From NCBI GenBank assembly GCA_904063045.1, contig CAJFCJ010000001.1, forward strand, positions 2,294,001 through 2,358,000: a stretch of DNA of 64,000 bases. Direction: 5' to 3'. Made by a program: the position numbers and the translations under genes. The DNA comes from Dimorphilus gyrociliatus. Its lineage: Eukaryota > Animalia > Annelida. The notes below the pieces were generated by a model. That model was not told where the DNA came from, did not search any database, and saw nothing but the letters and a program-made list of their open reading frames with translations. Below, one piece after another: positions 49,599 through 61,426 of this stretch. Within the stretch, counting starts at the first letter, position 1. Each line of letters opens with the position of its first letter.

Positions 49599-50981
49599 AT
49601 GGAAAATGGTAAATCTGAAGAGTGCAATGTTGAAATAATTTCAACAAATATTAAAGTAAATGGCGAAAGTGATAAAGTATTTAAAGCTACTGAATTGAAT
49701 GCTGCTAAAATTTGTTGTGAACGAAAGGAAACTGCTAAATTAAATGGACTAAGAAGTAGTAAATATCGATATGTTATACTTATTAGTTCAACTTTAATAC
49801 AAGGACTTAGTGCGTGTCTTTTTTCTTGCTATGGAATATTATTAATGGCTATTGTTGAAGCTACTGGACAATCGAATGCCCTCGTATCATGGTTTGGTGG
49901 TTTATGGTCACTATTACTTGGATTTTCTTCACTCTTTATAGGACCTCTTGCCGTTTATTATGGAAGTCGGAAAGTTGTTATGTTTGGTTCTTTAGTCTCT
50001 GCTGCTGGATTTGTAATGAGCGCCTTTGCCCCCAATATGCTAATAGTAGTAATTGGAATGGGAGCTTTTCAAGGAATTGGGACGAGTTGCTATCAGATAG
50101 CACCGTTTCTTATCACTTCTAAGTGGTTTGTAGAAAGGCGAGGGGGAGCTTTATCATTTCTTTCCTTTGGAGTTGGAATAGGAATGTTACTTTGGAGTCC
50201 TCTTATCGCACTTCTTATCGAAGCCTATACGTGGAGGGGTGCTCTTCTCCTGATGGGAGCTATCTATCTCAACGGTTTAGTATTAGGTTTGCTCCTAATC
50301 GAACCGACTAATGACAAAGAGACAGCTCCGTTGTCTTTAATAAAAGCCATAGGTAGAAATCTTGATAAAAAACTTGTACGGACAAAAAATTTCTTTATTT
50401 ATTTGTCCGGTACGAGCTTGCTCTATTTCGGGCATATGATGGTTTTGGCATATTTACCCAGGAAGATCGTTGAAATTGGCAGAAGTCGTGTGGAAGGTTC
50501 ATTAATGGTGACTGTCACTAGCGCTGTTTCGTGTTTAATAAGATTGGTTATAGGAGCAATTGCGCACAAAAAATATTTCAAACAGGGCATAATATACTCA
50601 CTAAGTTCAATTATGGCTGGCATTGGTTCTTTTCTTACCTTAAGCTCAGACTCCCTTGGCTTTTACTATGCATATTCAGCGATATTCGGATTGACCTCAG
50701 GATGTTACGTTGCCCTAACGGTACCCACCGCAGTTGAAGTATTTGAAGTAAAGTACTTGGCTAATATAACTGCTTGGTCACTATTGCTTGCTGGAGTATT
50801 TATGATGGGTTCAACGACAATTGGTGGTTGGTTATACGATTTAACAGGAAATGCAACGTATAATTTCTTACTTGGCGGAGTAGCTATGTTCATAGCTGGC
50901 TTATTCATCGTGCTGTTAATGTCAAATCTAAAGAAAAAAAAGAAAGAGAGAAGAGCTTCAATTACTCTGACAACAAAATGA
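49599..50981 (+). CDS. SLC16-like paralog 3 (intronless CDS)
   Basis: KWFVERRGGAL, YTWRGALL and GWLYDLTG motifs. First ATG is at 49599. Confidence 0.88.
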   Translation: MENGKSEECNVEIISTNIKVNGESDKVFKATELNAAKICCERKETAKLNGLRSSKYRYVILISSTLIQGLSACLFSCYGILLMAIVEATGQSNALVSWFGGLWSLLLGFSSLFIGPLAVYYGSRKVVMFGSLVSAAGFVMSAFAPNMLIVVIGMGAFQGIGTSCYQIAPFLITSKWFVERRGGALSFLSFGVGIGMLLWSPLIALLIEAYTWRGALLLMGAIYLNGLVLGLLLIEPTNDKETAPLSLIKAIGRNLDKKLVRTKNFFIYLSGTSLLYFGHMMVLAYLPRKIVEIGRSRVEGSLMVTVTSAVSCLIRLVIGAIAHKKYFKQGIIYSLSSIMAGIGSFLTLSSDSLGFYYAYSAIFGLTSGCYVALTVPTAVEVFEVKYLANITAWSLLLAGVFMMGSTTIGGWLYDLTGNATYNFLLGGVAMFIAGLFIVLLMSNLKKKKKERRASITLTTK

Positions 50982-51553
50982 AATCTCCTCTTAGAGCAAT
51001 CGATAACATTTTTCATAAGCAATAGTTTAGAATAAAATACTGCAAACTTAAAAAAAGATGAGAAATATAATGAGATGATATAAAAATATTTAAAATTAAC
51101 TCTCTAATGAGTAAAGAAGCTAATTGTAAGAATTTTGTACAAGAAAGCAAGAAAAAGAATTATTTTTTTCTTTTACTTTTGTCTTCCTTTTTTTGTCTTC
51201 TTTGAATAAAAAATTCTGCTCTGTCAATAATGGCAAACACGTAGATATATATGAATTTACTTAGATCTTAGAGTATTGTATTGTATCAATACTTTTTAGT
51301 TCCCATATATTACATATAAAAGAGAAAGACTTATCTTATTAAATCAGATAATCATGTATAATTTATGAGTCATCATTCTCACCTCATGATTAATTCAACA
51401 TCTTTTTCATTATTATGTATTCAGTATGTATGTAGTATATACACATTTAATTATATGAATATGTATAACTATAAAATTTTTATATATGTATGAGATGGTT
51501 GCTTTTTCTACCACTGATAACTTACTTAGAAAAGGCTAGTATATTATAAAAAC

Positions 51554-52483
51554 ATGAGTAACAACATCACTCTTAAGAGTAAGTATAATTTAAAAAACTT
51601 TATATTTTATGGAAAATATGAAGAGTATCCTTGGAAAAAATATGGAGTCATTAGTTTGATATTTTTTGAAATTGGACTTATTCTTCTTTTCAATATGATA
51701 TTGTTACTATTTATTAAAAAATCAGTGGAGTTACGGGAGCATATCTACTATTTATTAGCAAATTTAAGCTTTTGTGATATTCTTATATCTATTAGTGGTA
51801 TTTGCTTTCCAGCATCTGTTTTTGAAAAATTACATCCAAAGATTTGTTTGCCATGTGCTTGCGTACAAACTTTATCTGTTTCAGAGTCAATAATTACTTT
51901 TAACGTAATAGCAATCTATTTCTTTATTCATATAAAATATCCCTTGAAATTCAATCAAATTGTTACAAGTAAATTTATCTTATTCTTTATGATCGGATCT
52001 TGGAGTATCTGTATTATTTTAGTTGGGGCATTTTCTATACAATTTAGAAATTATATGGAGCTATCAACTATATGTCTAGGATCTACCGGCTATGTACCTC
52101 ACTCAATTTTTAAAGTCTTTAGCCTAGTGCTTATTCTGTCTATGTATGTGATAAATGTTATGATATTTAGCTACATTATATATATTGTTAATAAACAAAG
52201 AAGATCTATAAGGGCGCATACGGACAATGAAAAATTGAATAAGAATTATTTTGAATTATTCAAAGTTTTATTAAAAATGTTTGGTTCATCTTTACTACTA
52301 CCTCTACCCTATTTTATATTCACTAATAGGAACAGCGAAAAGGATCATATAGAAACTTGGGAGTACTTTTACTTCGACATTTGTGCATGTCTATTGTTGC
52401 TTAATTCCGTTTTAAATCCCGTGTTTTTCTTCTCAAGACATGGTGGATTTAAAGTTGTATTTAAAAAAGTACTTGTTAATTAA
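51554..52483 (+). CDS. Divergent class A GPCR (orphan, 309 aa, intronless)
   Basis: Seven hydrophobic segments, LANLSFCD (TM2), IHIKYPLKF after TM3, NSVLNPVFF (TM7). Confidence 0.8.
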   Translation: MSNNITLKSKYNLKNFIFYGKYEEYPWKKYGVISLIFFEIGLILLFNMILLLFIKKSVELREHIYYLLANLSFCDILISISGICFPASVFEKLHPKICLPCACVQTLSVSESIITFNVIAIYFFIHIKYPLKFNQIVTSKFILFFMIGSWSICIILVGAFSIQFRNYMELSTICLGSTGYVPHSIFKVFSLVLILSMYVINVMIFSYIIYIVNKQRRSIRAHTDNEKLNKNYFELFKVLLKMFGSSLLLPLPYFIFTNRNSEKDHIETWEYFYFDICACLLLLNSVLNPVFFFSRHGGFKVVFKKVLVN

Positions 52484-55085
52484 CGCACGATAATTATTTC
52501 TATTACGTTTTCTCTCTCTTTCTCTCCTTTTCTCTCTCTATCTCATTATCAATTTCTTTATTTGCATTGCTAATATAAATCGGTGTAGCAAAACAAGCTT
52601 ATAGTATGTAGTTTCGCAACTTTCCTTACAGATATATTTCTTATTATGCATTTTCAGTTAATATATGAATATAGGCCTTTCCTCCTCCCATATAGAAATA
52701 TGGGTAAACAATTTGGTACCCAGTTATTGTTTCTCACAGAAACAACTTTCTTCTTAAAGTATTGAATAACTCTTCTATTTAGAGTCTACTTTTGGAAGAG
52801 ATCCTATCTATCTTATCTATCATTCTTTCTTTTTTTCTTATACATCCTCTTTAAAATCGAATGGTAGGGAAAGAAAAAAAATTTAGACAAGGGATCAATG
52901 AATTCTTTATTCCTAAATAATTAAATAATAATCTAAAGTAATTGAAATTATAAAGAGAAAGAGAAAGAAACTTGAACAAAATTACATTTGACATAGAAAG
53001 AGTAGAGTAATTATTTTGTTAATTCATTCATCATATACAATTTCATGAATATTTATTATTTAATTATTTTTAGGCGTCAGCTTTAATTACTAAATTAATA
53101 CTTTATTAAATTTTTCATAATTCAAAATTAGCATGTAAAAGACAGTTATACTTTAGTTTATTCTTACAACTATAGAGATAGTAAAACGTTTCTCTCTAAA
53201 CTCAACCTTTGCAGAGTGAATTAGAATAAAAACAACAATAGTTTGATAATGGTATATGAATATTTTATGCGAAATATAAATATATGTATCTTACATAACC
53301 TTGTGAAAAGTATAACTTTTGTAAATCACATGTACTGTATGTATAACAAACAAATGCACTATAAACTTATCAACGCCATCTTGTGTTTATTCGGGTTATG
53401 ATTTTATAAGGAACTTTATTCATCTATAAACTAATTCTTTCAAGCTTTATTAGGCAATCAAACACCAATAAAATGTAATATTAAATGTAGAATGTTGTAT
53501 TTGTAAGGAAAACAAGTTACACTATTGAGAGATGACTTATTAATGAGGAATTTTGTGAAGAGATTGCATGATTGATGAATTTTTGGCGATTGGAAAAAAG
53601 GACAAGATTTATTTATTGTAGAAAAAGGCGAAGGCTAATCATAATAAATATGAATAAATTATATGAAATATCACATTTATATTGGAAAAGTTGCCGGAAA
53701 TTATCAAAATTAATAAAGATAACCGGCGTCAAAAGTCTAAAAAGGTAACTAAATGTTTAAAAATATTGTATTATTTATAGTATTTAAGTGTACCAAAACT
53801 TTAACAGATGTATTTAAAGCAGTACATTTGCACGAAAGAAATATTTTTGACTATATGGAAGTTCTCATCAATTTAAAAATCGATCTCAAGAAGGAATTAA
53901 ACTGTAATTTAAACTATGCGAGAAATTGAGTTGAATGATTAAATTCTTTCTCAGTTTGTGTTTATATCGATATCCCATAGAAATAAACTGAAAGGACGAA
54001 AGTAATTTATAAGGTGGAGTCTAATTATAAACAAATGAGTTGTCTTATAAATAGAAAAAACTGACAATTCTATTACGGCTTATCAGAAACTGTTAAATAA
54101 TTAATATGGAAAGGTTAACGGACAGCTAATTTATTATTAGCATTATTCAATTCTAAATATAGATTTTTAGGTTTTTCAGTATATATTGTATATAAAAGTT
54201 TATCAAAGAATATTATAATACTTTCTCTATAGAGTAATATATAAATTTTAAATACACTACCATCTGTCTCTAACAATTTTTACATCATCAATACCAAATA
54301 CCTACCTATTATATTCTGTAACGAACTTGTAGATAAAGAGAGAAATTGTACAAGTTACAAGTTTGTAACTGTTTACCTTTGCCGCAGGTGGTAATACACC
54401 CTTTGATTAGACCTTTATTTTATATCTGAAATAATCAATGAAAGATACACACGAACGTTTAGTATTATTGTCTGTTTTATGTTTTTTTTTGGCTTCTTCT
54501 AAAGATAATCATTTCTTATTTTCTTTTCTTGATTATCGCAGAAGTTTTATAGGAAAGTTAATCAATAAATACCAAGAAGTTACGAGTCTATTGAGCATTA
54601 TTTAATATTCATTATATAAGAAATATACTATATATATATTTATACATAGTCTATAAACACTCTATCGTACAGTCTATATAGAATTAATAAGCCATTAAAG
54701 CGATTTCTTAAAGATAATGATAATTGGAGACTAAGAAAGATAGACTAAGAAAGATATTAGTAAATAACAAAAATTGCCTAAAATACTATATTAATTAACT
54801 AGATGAATATTGAAAATAGAAGTTAATTGTAGTTAGAACTTACTTCTTTCAGATTTTCTTATTGTTTTATCTATATTTTTTGGCTATTTTGGATATTTTG
54901 TTTCTCATTTATTTTGTACTTGTTTTTTGGTTATCAACATCAAGAAAATTCCAGTCAATATACGAATTTAATGGCGTAATAAGCGTTTTCATAAATAATT
55001 GAACAGCATAAAATAAAGGAACTAAGAAAAATCGTCTCTTTCATGTCTCCTTTTTTGTCCATTTCGATAAAGCATAAATTCTTTT

Positions 55086-55337
55086 CTATCTCTTCTTCTT
55101 TACCGAACCCATAGAGAATTGTCTTGTTAACATTGAACCACCTGATTTATTAGAACCGGTTGAATCGTGAGTTGGGGAAGGGGGTCTTGCCCAGGCGGGA
55201 GGAGAGAATGGAGGCGGTGGAGCATTTTGATCCTTTTTGTCTCTTCTAATACTTCTTTGAGACATATTTCTTTTCTTTACTCCTGTTTGGACATTTGATC
55301 CTGGTGAGTCGAAACAAACGCTCAGCAACTTTCCCAT
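55086..55337 (-). CDS. Candidate 83-aa microprotein (or first exon) with MGxxxS-x-C N-terminus and proline-rich segment
   Basis: Higher-GC island in AT-rich DNA, good Kozak context (AGAATGG), MGKLLSVC start, PPPPFSPP segment and KKKR end. No family recognised. Confidence 0.5.
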   Translation of the reverse strand: MGKLLSVCFDSPGSNVQTGVKKRNMSQRSIRRDKKDQNAPPPPFSPPAWARPPSPTHDSTGSNKSGGSMLTRQFSMGSVKKKR

Positions 55338-56967
55338 TCTGTCGAATGACGCCTATAGGCGTTCACTAAATTATTGAAGAGGACGAACGTCGCTTATTGG
55401 TTGAATCGGCCCTGTAGTGGGGCTATTAAATGATTAAAGAGTTTTGAGGTGGTCGATTTTTCACATGATCTAGATTTATCTTTGATGTTGATCAAGGGCA
55501 TGAAAATTCTTGTTATCTAACTGTTTTGCTTGGATTATTTCATAAAAAAATACAGGTAAACAGAAGAAAGAAAAGAAACTGATTAGTTTGTCATTTATTC
55601 CGTATCGAATAATATTATTCGATTTGTATTTACTTATTCATATAACAAATGAACATTTCAAACTCTATATGACTGTTATGAATTGCCTTTTTACTCATCA
55701 TAGAAAATAGAGATTTTATAAATAGGTTGTTTATATAACTTACCAGTTTTTTGACAAAAACACAAATTATGACAAAAGTACGGTATTATTAATTTTAAAT
55801 ATTAGAAGTTAGTAGTAATAATAATTAATAGAACTAATCAACTTTTATACTCTTAATATATAAAAAGAGACAAAGGTAATAAAGGAAAAAACTTACGAAA
55901 AAAACTTAAATACGCCTAGTCTTCAATAAAATTATTTAATTTCTATTTTTTATTGTTTTTTTAAAAAAAAAATTCATAAATCAAACAAATAAACTTATGT
56001 TTAATAATTTTAATGTAAGTAAGTAACTTTTAAAAACTGATATTGCCTTGTAAATAATTTAATAACTTTGTCTAAAAGAGAACAAAGTATGTAAGTATTA
56101 ACATTTGAATTTGAGCAGATAAGTACATTCTCTTCGGACTTCTTTGACATCGCTCCTTACGAAATGAATTTAGCGAAGAGGAGAGTTTTTTTTCTATTGC
56201 TATTACAAGGAAATAAATACTTAAAAATAGTTCTCATATATAATTCATTATATTTGAAATAAATAGAATACACGGAATAAGCTTCTTGACCTCACCACTC
56301 CCCTCCTTCCCCAATCATGATATAATTTTGATATATAGTATATATATATATACATATATGTGTCATACGTTCTTAACGCTCCTCTGTCCTATATTTCGGC
56401 TAGCTATATAATCGTATTCAGCGCATAAATCATTCGATTTAAGCCTATGTAAATCACGTGATTCGGCCTAAACAATATTCGTCAAACGAAGCGAACTTTG
56501 TTATTCGCGATAACATACAGTCTTCAAAAAGGCAGAATTTTGTTTAGTTTGAACTTTGTAACTTAGAATTGGTGCGAATTCGTATCAGAACCTTAATTTG
56601 TATGGGATGAGCGGTAATAATTTATTAAATATAACGTTTAAACGTTAACAATTTAATAAGATCATTTATGTATTTAATTAAATGTCTTCTTTCGTTTTTT
56701 TTGTGTTATTATTATCTTTTCTATCTCTATATAATTTTCTATATATTGCGTATTTTTTTCTCTTTCTCCTTTCTAGTATTATTTCTAGAGAAATGTATAT
56801 AAATAATAGATTATTGTATGACATATCTTCTGTTATATATCGTGAATTTTACACATGAATGTCTATGTTAAATCTACATATTTAATAATAAGATATACTG
56901 TAGATATATCTATATATACGTTACCAAACTCATTCTATCTGCTATTGTTTTTCTCTCAACATTATAG

Positions 56968-59900
56968 ACAACGAAAATCAACCTTGTCAAATATGTGTCG
57001 ACGTCGGTTCTGGTTATCACTATGGTGTATGGAGTTGTGAAGGATGTAAGGCGTTTTTTAAACGTTCAATGCAGGGTACGTAATAGATTTATGATTATTA
57101 ATAAAAACATCATCAATATATATATATGATTCCTTTTCACTTTGGCGTTAACGAATAATATTCGAAGTCAATGTAAATGAATCGTATAAAAGGAATATAT
57201 ATATATTTATATATTAACCTCTCATAAATTGCTCTGTAATTAATACTTTAAAATCCTTTTATTAATCATCTAATTGGCAAAAAAACAATATATCTATATA
57301 TATTCCATATTTTCTACTCTATTTACCATTTTTCTTTGGAAAGAAAAGTAATCATGATGTTTATACAATCTACACATGTGTTCTTCTATTTATCATATTA
57401 TTTTATAGAAAAAAAGAAAAGCATAAAAAATAACCAAAAATTATCATTACTAAGATAGCAATGTAAATATTCTTAATTTATACATGTGTTTATAAACAAA
57501 TTTTAATACTTTAATCGAAATTATATAACCAAATATAATTCAATATTAATTTTCGTATTTAATTACGAAAATAATTATACATTTATAAAAATATTTTTTT
57601 TTATAAAATATTTTTGTTCCTTTTAAAGGAAAAATATTTAGTTTTGCTCAAAAGACCATAAATACTCAATTAGTTAGTTCTACATAAAAAAAATTCCTAA
57701 GAGTATTATTCAAATTTGACCTAATTTCATAGATATAGATGTGTACATATACTAAATATTATACCTATAATATTGAAGACTAAGCTTTTTTATTACAAAT
57801 TAGCCTATGAAAACCTCCTTAATTATTCGTAATTAGTTTAAAAAAAGGAAAGAATATCAACCTAACAAGTTATATAGGACCAATTGATAATAATTTTGAT
57901 ATTTTAATATAATACTCTATATAAAGAATTGATTGATTTAGACAGTACTTAGATGGTTAAATCTCTTTAGTAATTTCCTATCTAAAGTAGAAAATATAAT
58001 TGTTTAGTTATTCTAATCCTATTTCCTCTTATTAGCAAGACAAAAAATAGAGAAACCTGTTAAATCTCAACAAATAACGAAAAAAAAGTTTCTAATATAG
58101 GCCAAATTTCATTGACGTAGAGCTATAGTAATCACGTGAGTGATTTTTTTTGTCTGGCAAAAAAAAAAGAAATCCATGTAGGACACATTGATCAAGTTTG
58201 TTAAGAAAGTTGAGAAATTCTGTACAGTATAAGTGTTTCGAGAGTAGCGAACAGAAAGAGATAAAATCTCTAATACAAAGCGTGTTTTAAATTAAAGAAA
58301 TAATGAAACTCCGTTAGATATAGGCAATCTACAATATGAATACATGTGCAAAAGCTTTTGTCGCTCCATCCTCTTATCTTCTATCAGAACGATAAGATAT
58401 TTCAAGAACTCCCTATCTCTTAAGGAGATATTTTTTCTGAATCGGAAACTTTTTTTTTTGTTTTTTAGATATCTTATTTAATTGGTTTTTTCTTATATAG
58501 GATCTCACGATTATGTTTGCCCTGCGACAAACAATTGCACCATTGATAGGAATAGACGAAAGAGCTGTCAAGCTTGTCGATTTAGTAAATGCGTTGTTCT
58601 CGGTATGGCCGATCATTATACAAAGAAAGAAAGGAGGAGGAGGAGAAAGAAACGTAAACCAAATGAAGAAGAACCGACCGTTAGTAAAGTTAAAAAAGAA
58701 GAAGCCGACACACCTTTAAACAGCGTTAAAACTATTCTAGCAAGGGATGAAGAAGGTATTTATTCAGAACAGTGAAGATATCTGTTTTTCCCTTTATTTT
58801 GAATTCTAATCAAATAATTAGAAAATTTTGCCTATAAAAAATATTTACAAAGAAAGAAAGAAAGCATACCCCCCCTATTCCATTGAGTGACATTTTTATT
58901 GACGGAATTATTAAAGTTCTTAAATGTTATAGCTATTCTAAGAAAGGTTTCAAGGGCTTTCTTTTTTTAAAATAGTTCTACAAATGTTCAATAAAGCAAA
59001 ACAGATCTAACCGCAAAAGAATTTCAGTTGTAGTAAAGAAGGACAAAGGGAGAGAACAAAGGAGAGATTTACGAAGCTAAAATTTCCTAGTATAATTCAA
59101 TTTTTATTTAGGTTATGATACTAAAGTCGTAGGTTTTATTAACATAAATTATTTTATCTAATGGATTTTTACTACTACTTTGGCAAATATCTTGGGCGTT
59201 AATTAATCATAGCCCCTTTCCTCTTAAAAAAAAAAAAGAAAATAGAATTCGAAAAGGTTGCAATAAAGAGGAAAGATCGGTAAGGGAAAATAGGTAAATG
59301 TCACCTTTGTACACTGACGACAGATGTAAAAAAAGTAATGCGTGCTTTTTATAGTCGACCTTGATTATTTAATGATAAGATAATAATAAAAAAAAAAACG
59401 AAAGAGAGAAGGAAAAAACTAATATTTATGAAATTTGCGTTTCCTTATAGTAAAGAATGAGTTTATTATTCTTCTTTTCTCTTTTATTATTATTATTATC
59501 ATTATAATCAAACATTAACGAATTAAGTAGCTTTATTTTGAACGAAACGTATCTTGTTCAAGGTTTTTCTTTTTTTTTCTCCTTTTTTGGGAATTAGCTT
59601 TCCTTTTGATGTTAACCTCTGGACGAATAGAGAAATAATTAATAAATAATTAGATTATAGAGAGTTTACTGGATGAAAAACTTTGTAACTAGTTTTATTA
59701 TTATTGTTATTATTATTATTATTAGAATAATGTATAGTAAAAGTTGTAGTATTAACGATATAGTCAATATAATATATCGTTTGTTTATGTTTGTTAATTC
59801 AAATATGTATAGTTTATATTATTAAATATTTAAGTAGTATTTTTTAAGGGAGTTGAATGATTAATAAAATTTATTAACAAATGCTTTTTTTAATGTTTTA

Positions 59901-60942
59901 CAGCTGCTAATTTCCTGGACATGCTAATTTCTATCGAACCACCTGCAAGGATGACTGAACACGATTATTCGCAGCCAACGACTGATACAGGACTAATTGC
60001 TTCTATGATTCGATTAGCGGATAAACAATTGATGGATACAATTCAATGGGCCAAAAGAATACCAGGTTATAGAAAATTGGCATTAAATGATCAGATAAAG
60101 TTACTAGATTCAGCTTGGTTAGATATACTCATCTGCGGTGTTGCTTTCAAGTCAATGGGTGTTAGCAAAAATATATTAATAATGGCGGATGATTTCCATT
60201 GGTCAAGACCTCAGGCTGATATATCAGGTGCAGGAATAGCACACGAACACATGAGAAGACTCTCAAGGAGGTATAAGACTTAACCTTTTCAATATTTGTC
60301 ATGTTTTTAATTAATTAGTTTCAATTCGAAAGGTTTGCCGATGTGGGCATTACAAAGGAGGAGAATGTTCTTTTGAGGACGATGTTTTTGTTAAATGCTG
60401 ATGCCGAAGGCTTAGAATGTGCCGAACAAGTCAGAGAAATGCACAATCTTATAATTGAAGCTCTAAAAGTAGCTACAAGACGGTCGGAGAGAACAAGAGA
60501 ACATCAGGATGATAAATACAGAAACTATATTGAGAATAGGGTTTCTCATATTTTACTCTTACTGCCACACGTCAAAAATTGCGCCAACAATTGTATGGCT
60601 CATCTTTTTGACGCTAAATACGAAGGGAAAATGCCAACTTGTGAACTCATTGAGGACATACTTCATATCCGTCTTAGACCAACAGCTACGGCCACAGCTC
60701 AGGACCAAAGTGGTCTTGCAGGAATAGCAGCTGTTCAAGGATTTGTTGGGCGAGGATATCCAGGTTTACCATTAATGACGTCGACAGCTAGCGTTCAAGC
60801 GGCATCATTGGATCTCCTAAACTCGGCTAATATATCAGCGGGTGATATTATGAATGCAAATATAAGTGCAGTTATAACTCGACAGATGGCGCCCGAGAAT
60901 ATAGCTCAAGCGCAACAGAGTTTTGGCTGGCCTAATTGTTAA
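56968..60942 (+). CDS. ESR: Estrogen-receptor-type nuclear receptor (NR3A); exons 56968-57075, 58501-58755, 59904-60270, 60333-60942; possible start mini-exon 56607-56613
   Basis: The [29 protein letters not shown]|[26 protein letters not shown] has ER-specific features ([10 protein letters not shown], TIDxNRRKS) rather than ERR features (GVAS, CEACKA, RT). The LBD signature is [14 protein letters not shown]. Confidence 0.88.
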
Positions 60943-61384
60943 ATTTAATCATTAATTAATAATAATAATAATAAAAAGGGAAAATACTAACAAAAAAAAA
61001 GTAAAAAAGCAAAACCTCAAAACTAGCAAAACAGAAATTATGAAAATTGAATGGGCTACGTTAGAAAAATTGAAAAGAAACGATCAATTTTTCACTTTTT
61101 GTTTCCTTTAAGTCAACTATGGTTTGTTGTTCCTCTCTTTTTGGTTTCTTTGACTTATGGTGCTGTTAAAGAGTAGAAGGACTTTTACACAATTTTCAAA
61201 TTGTCTGGTTAACATACGCCTTTTCCTAAGAACTTTTTATGAATTATTTTTATTTATTTATTGGACAAACGATGAAAACCAGACGAAAATATTTTTGCAT
61301 GAGAAGATTATTAAGAAATTTTCTATTTTTTTCACATATATATATATATATATAGATATAGATATATATTTAATTGTTTGAATT

Positions 61385-61388
<4 letters not shown>

Positions 61389-61423
<35 letters not shown>
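61389..61423. repeat. (TC)n microsatellite, probably in the ER 3'UTR
   Basis: Uninterrupted TC run. Confidence 0.9.

Positions 61424-61426
<3 letters not shown>

Noticed and set aside
54320-54425. Apparent minus-strand exon/intron pattern that could continue the microprotein
   Set aside because: All three frames contain stops, so it is not supported as coding.
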